A stretch of DNA of 64,000 nucleotides from a virus, in the IMG/VR virus record IMGVR_UViG_3300028920_000002, positions 1 to 64,000 of that record; one strand, given 5' to 3'. Each line of letters starts with the position of its first letter. The stretch's first letter is position 1. Positions 63,491 through 64,000 of the stretch are shown here, one piece after another. The notes beneath the pieces were generated by a model. The model saw only the letters and a program-made list of their open reading frames with translations. It was not told where the DNA came from and did no database searches. The translations under genes and the position numbers were made by a program.

Positions 63491-64000
63491 CCTGGAAGAG
63501 TATCTCGCTCTTCTACGTCGGGCAACTGGTTGCTCAGTAGTACGCAGTAGAAGCGGTAGTACTGACTGTTCTCACCCTCTAGCTCGTCGGGCAGCTTCAC
63601 CAGCCGCCCTCCCTGCGACAGGTATTCTAGGCAGGCGTCCTCAACCCGTGCCTCCGACGGCGCTTCTTCGTCAACCAGGTCTGGGCAGAGAGGTAGGTTG
63701 TTTACGTCGTAGCAAAGGGAGATGCCACGACGATGAGACTCTCGCACCACCTCCTTGCTCGCACCGGTGTCGTGTGTGCTGAGCGTCCAGTGTTCACGAG
63801 CGAGGTTCTTGACCACGGCTGGACCTTGGATGAGCTTGAACGGCGTCGCAGAATTGAGCCTCTCTGACGTCCACCGAGGGGCCCACTCTTCTGGTAGGAA
63901 TCCACCCTTCTTCATCCACCCGTTGAGGGCTGCGACGTGGTCGACCAGGTCGTTCACGTTGGCGATGAGCTCGTCTACTTCCTCGGGCTTGGCTTCCTCG
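63487..64000 (-). CDS. Hypothetical protein, 5' end outside the window
   Basis: Frame stays open upstream of GTG 63957 (EEAKPEEVDELIAN) to the window edge. Confidence 0.65.
   Translation of the reverse strand, partial: EEAKPEEVDELIANVNDLVDHVAALNGWMKKGGFLPEEWAPRWTSERLNSATPFKLIQGPAVVKNLAREHWTLSTHDTGASKEVVRESHRRGISLCYDVNNLPLCPDLVDEEAPSEARVEDACLEYLSQGGRLVKLPDELEGENSQYYRFYCVLLSNQLPDVEERDTLPG

Noticed and set aside
1-64000. Stop-codon reassignment
   Set aside because: TAA, TAG and TGA all end recognisable genes, and conserved proteins are uninterrupted in code 11
1-64000. CRISPR array, DGR/retron, integrase, inteins or introns
   Set aside because: No repeat-spacer periodicity, reverse transcriptase or recombinase motifs were seen; PolA, TerL, helicases and RNAP are continuous and have no obvious intein-sized inserts
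1-64000. phiKZ-like nucleus-forming phage
   Set aside because: No tubulin/PhuZ or shell gene recognised here, the RNAP is fused rather than split, and the polymerase is family A

Overview
A 64 kb piece of a large, GC-rich lytic myovirus-type phage genome; no cellular housekeeping context, tRNA, CRISPR array or transposase was recognised. The minus strand at 1-12.4 kb is a replication/recombination operon (RecA, HU-Zn-ribbon fusion, PolA, gp32-like SSB, primase, DnaB-like helicase, family-4 UDG, SF2 helicase). The plus strand carries virion genes (portal, spike, GpA-type TerL, prohead protease, scaffold, MCP, neck, sheath, tube, holin-like genes) and a 2151-aa single-chain beta-beta' RNA polymerase. 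A minus-strand island at 18.6-23.7 kb carries a MoxR ATPase/VWA-peptidase pair and small genes. Best candidates for something new: (1) about 15 head-associated ORFs punctuated by a K-x-A(G) motif, often behind a short (D/E)EL-x-K-x-A leader, which look like capsid-targeted polyproteins cut into glycine-zipper peptides and enzyme cargo, including a nucleotidyltransferase + ADP-ribosyltransferase-like fusion with the motif at both domain borders; (2) two repeated promoter-like motifs that share one -35 hexamer, read on opposite strands, at both major divergent junctions; (3) the streamlined fused RNAP. All family assignments come from motif recognition by eye; no database search was run.
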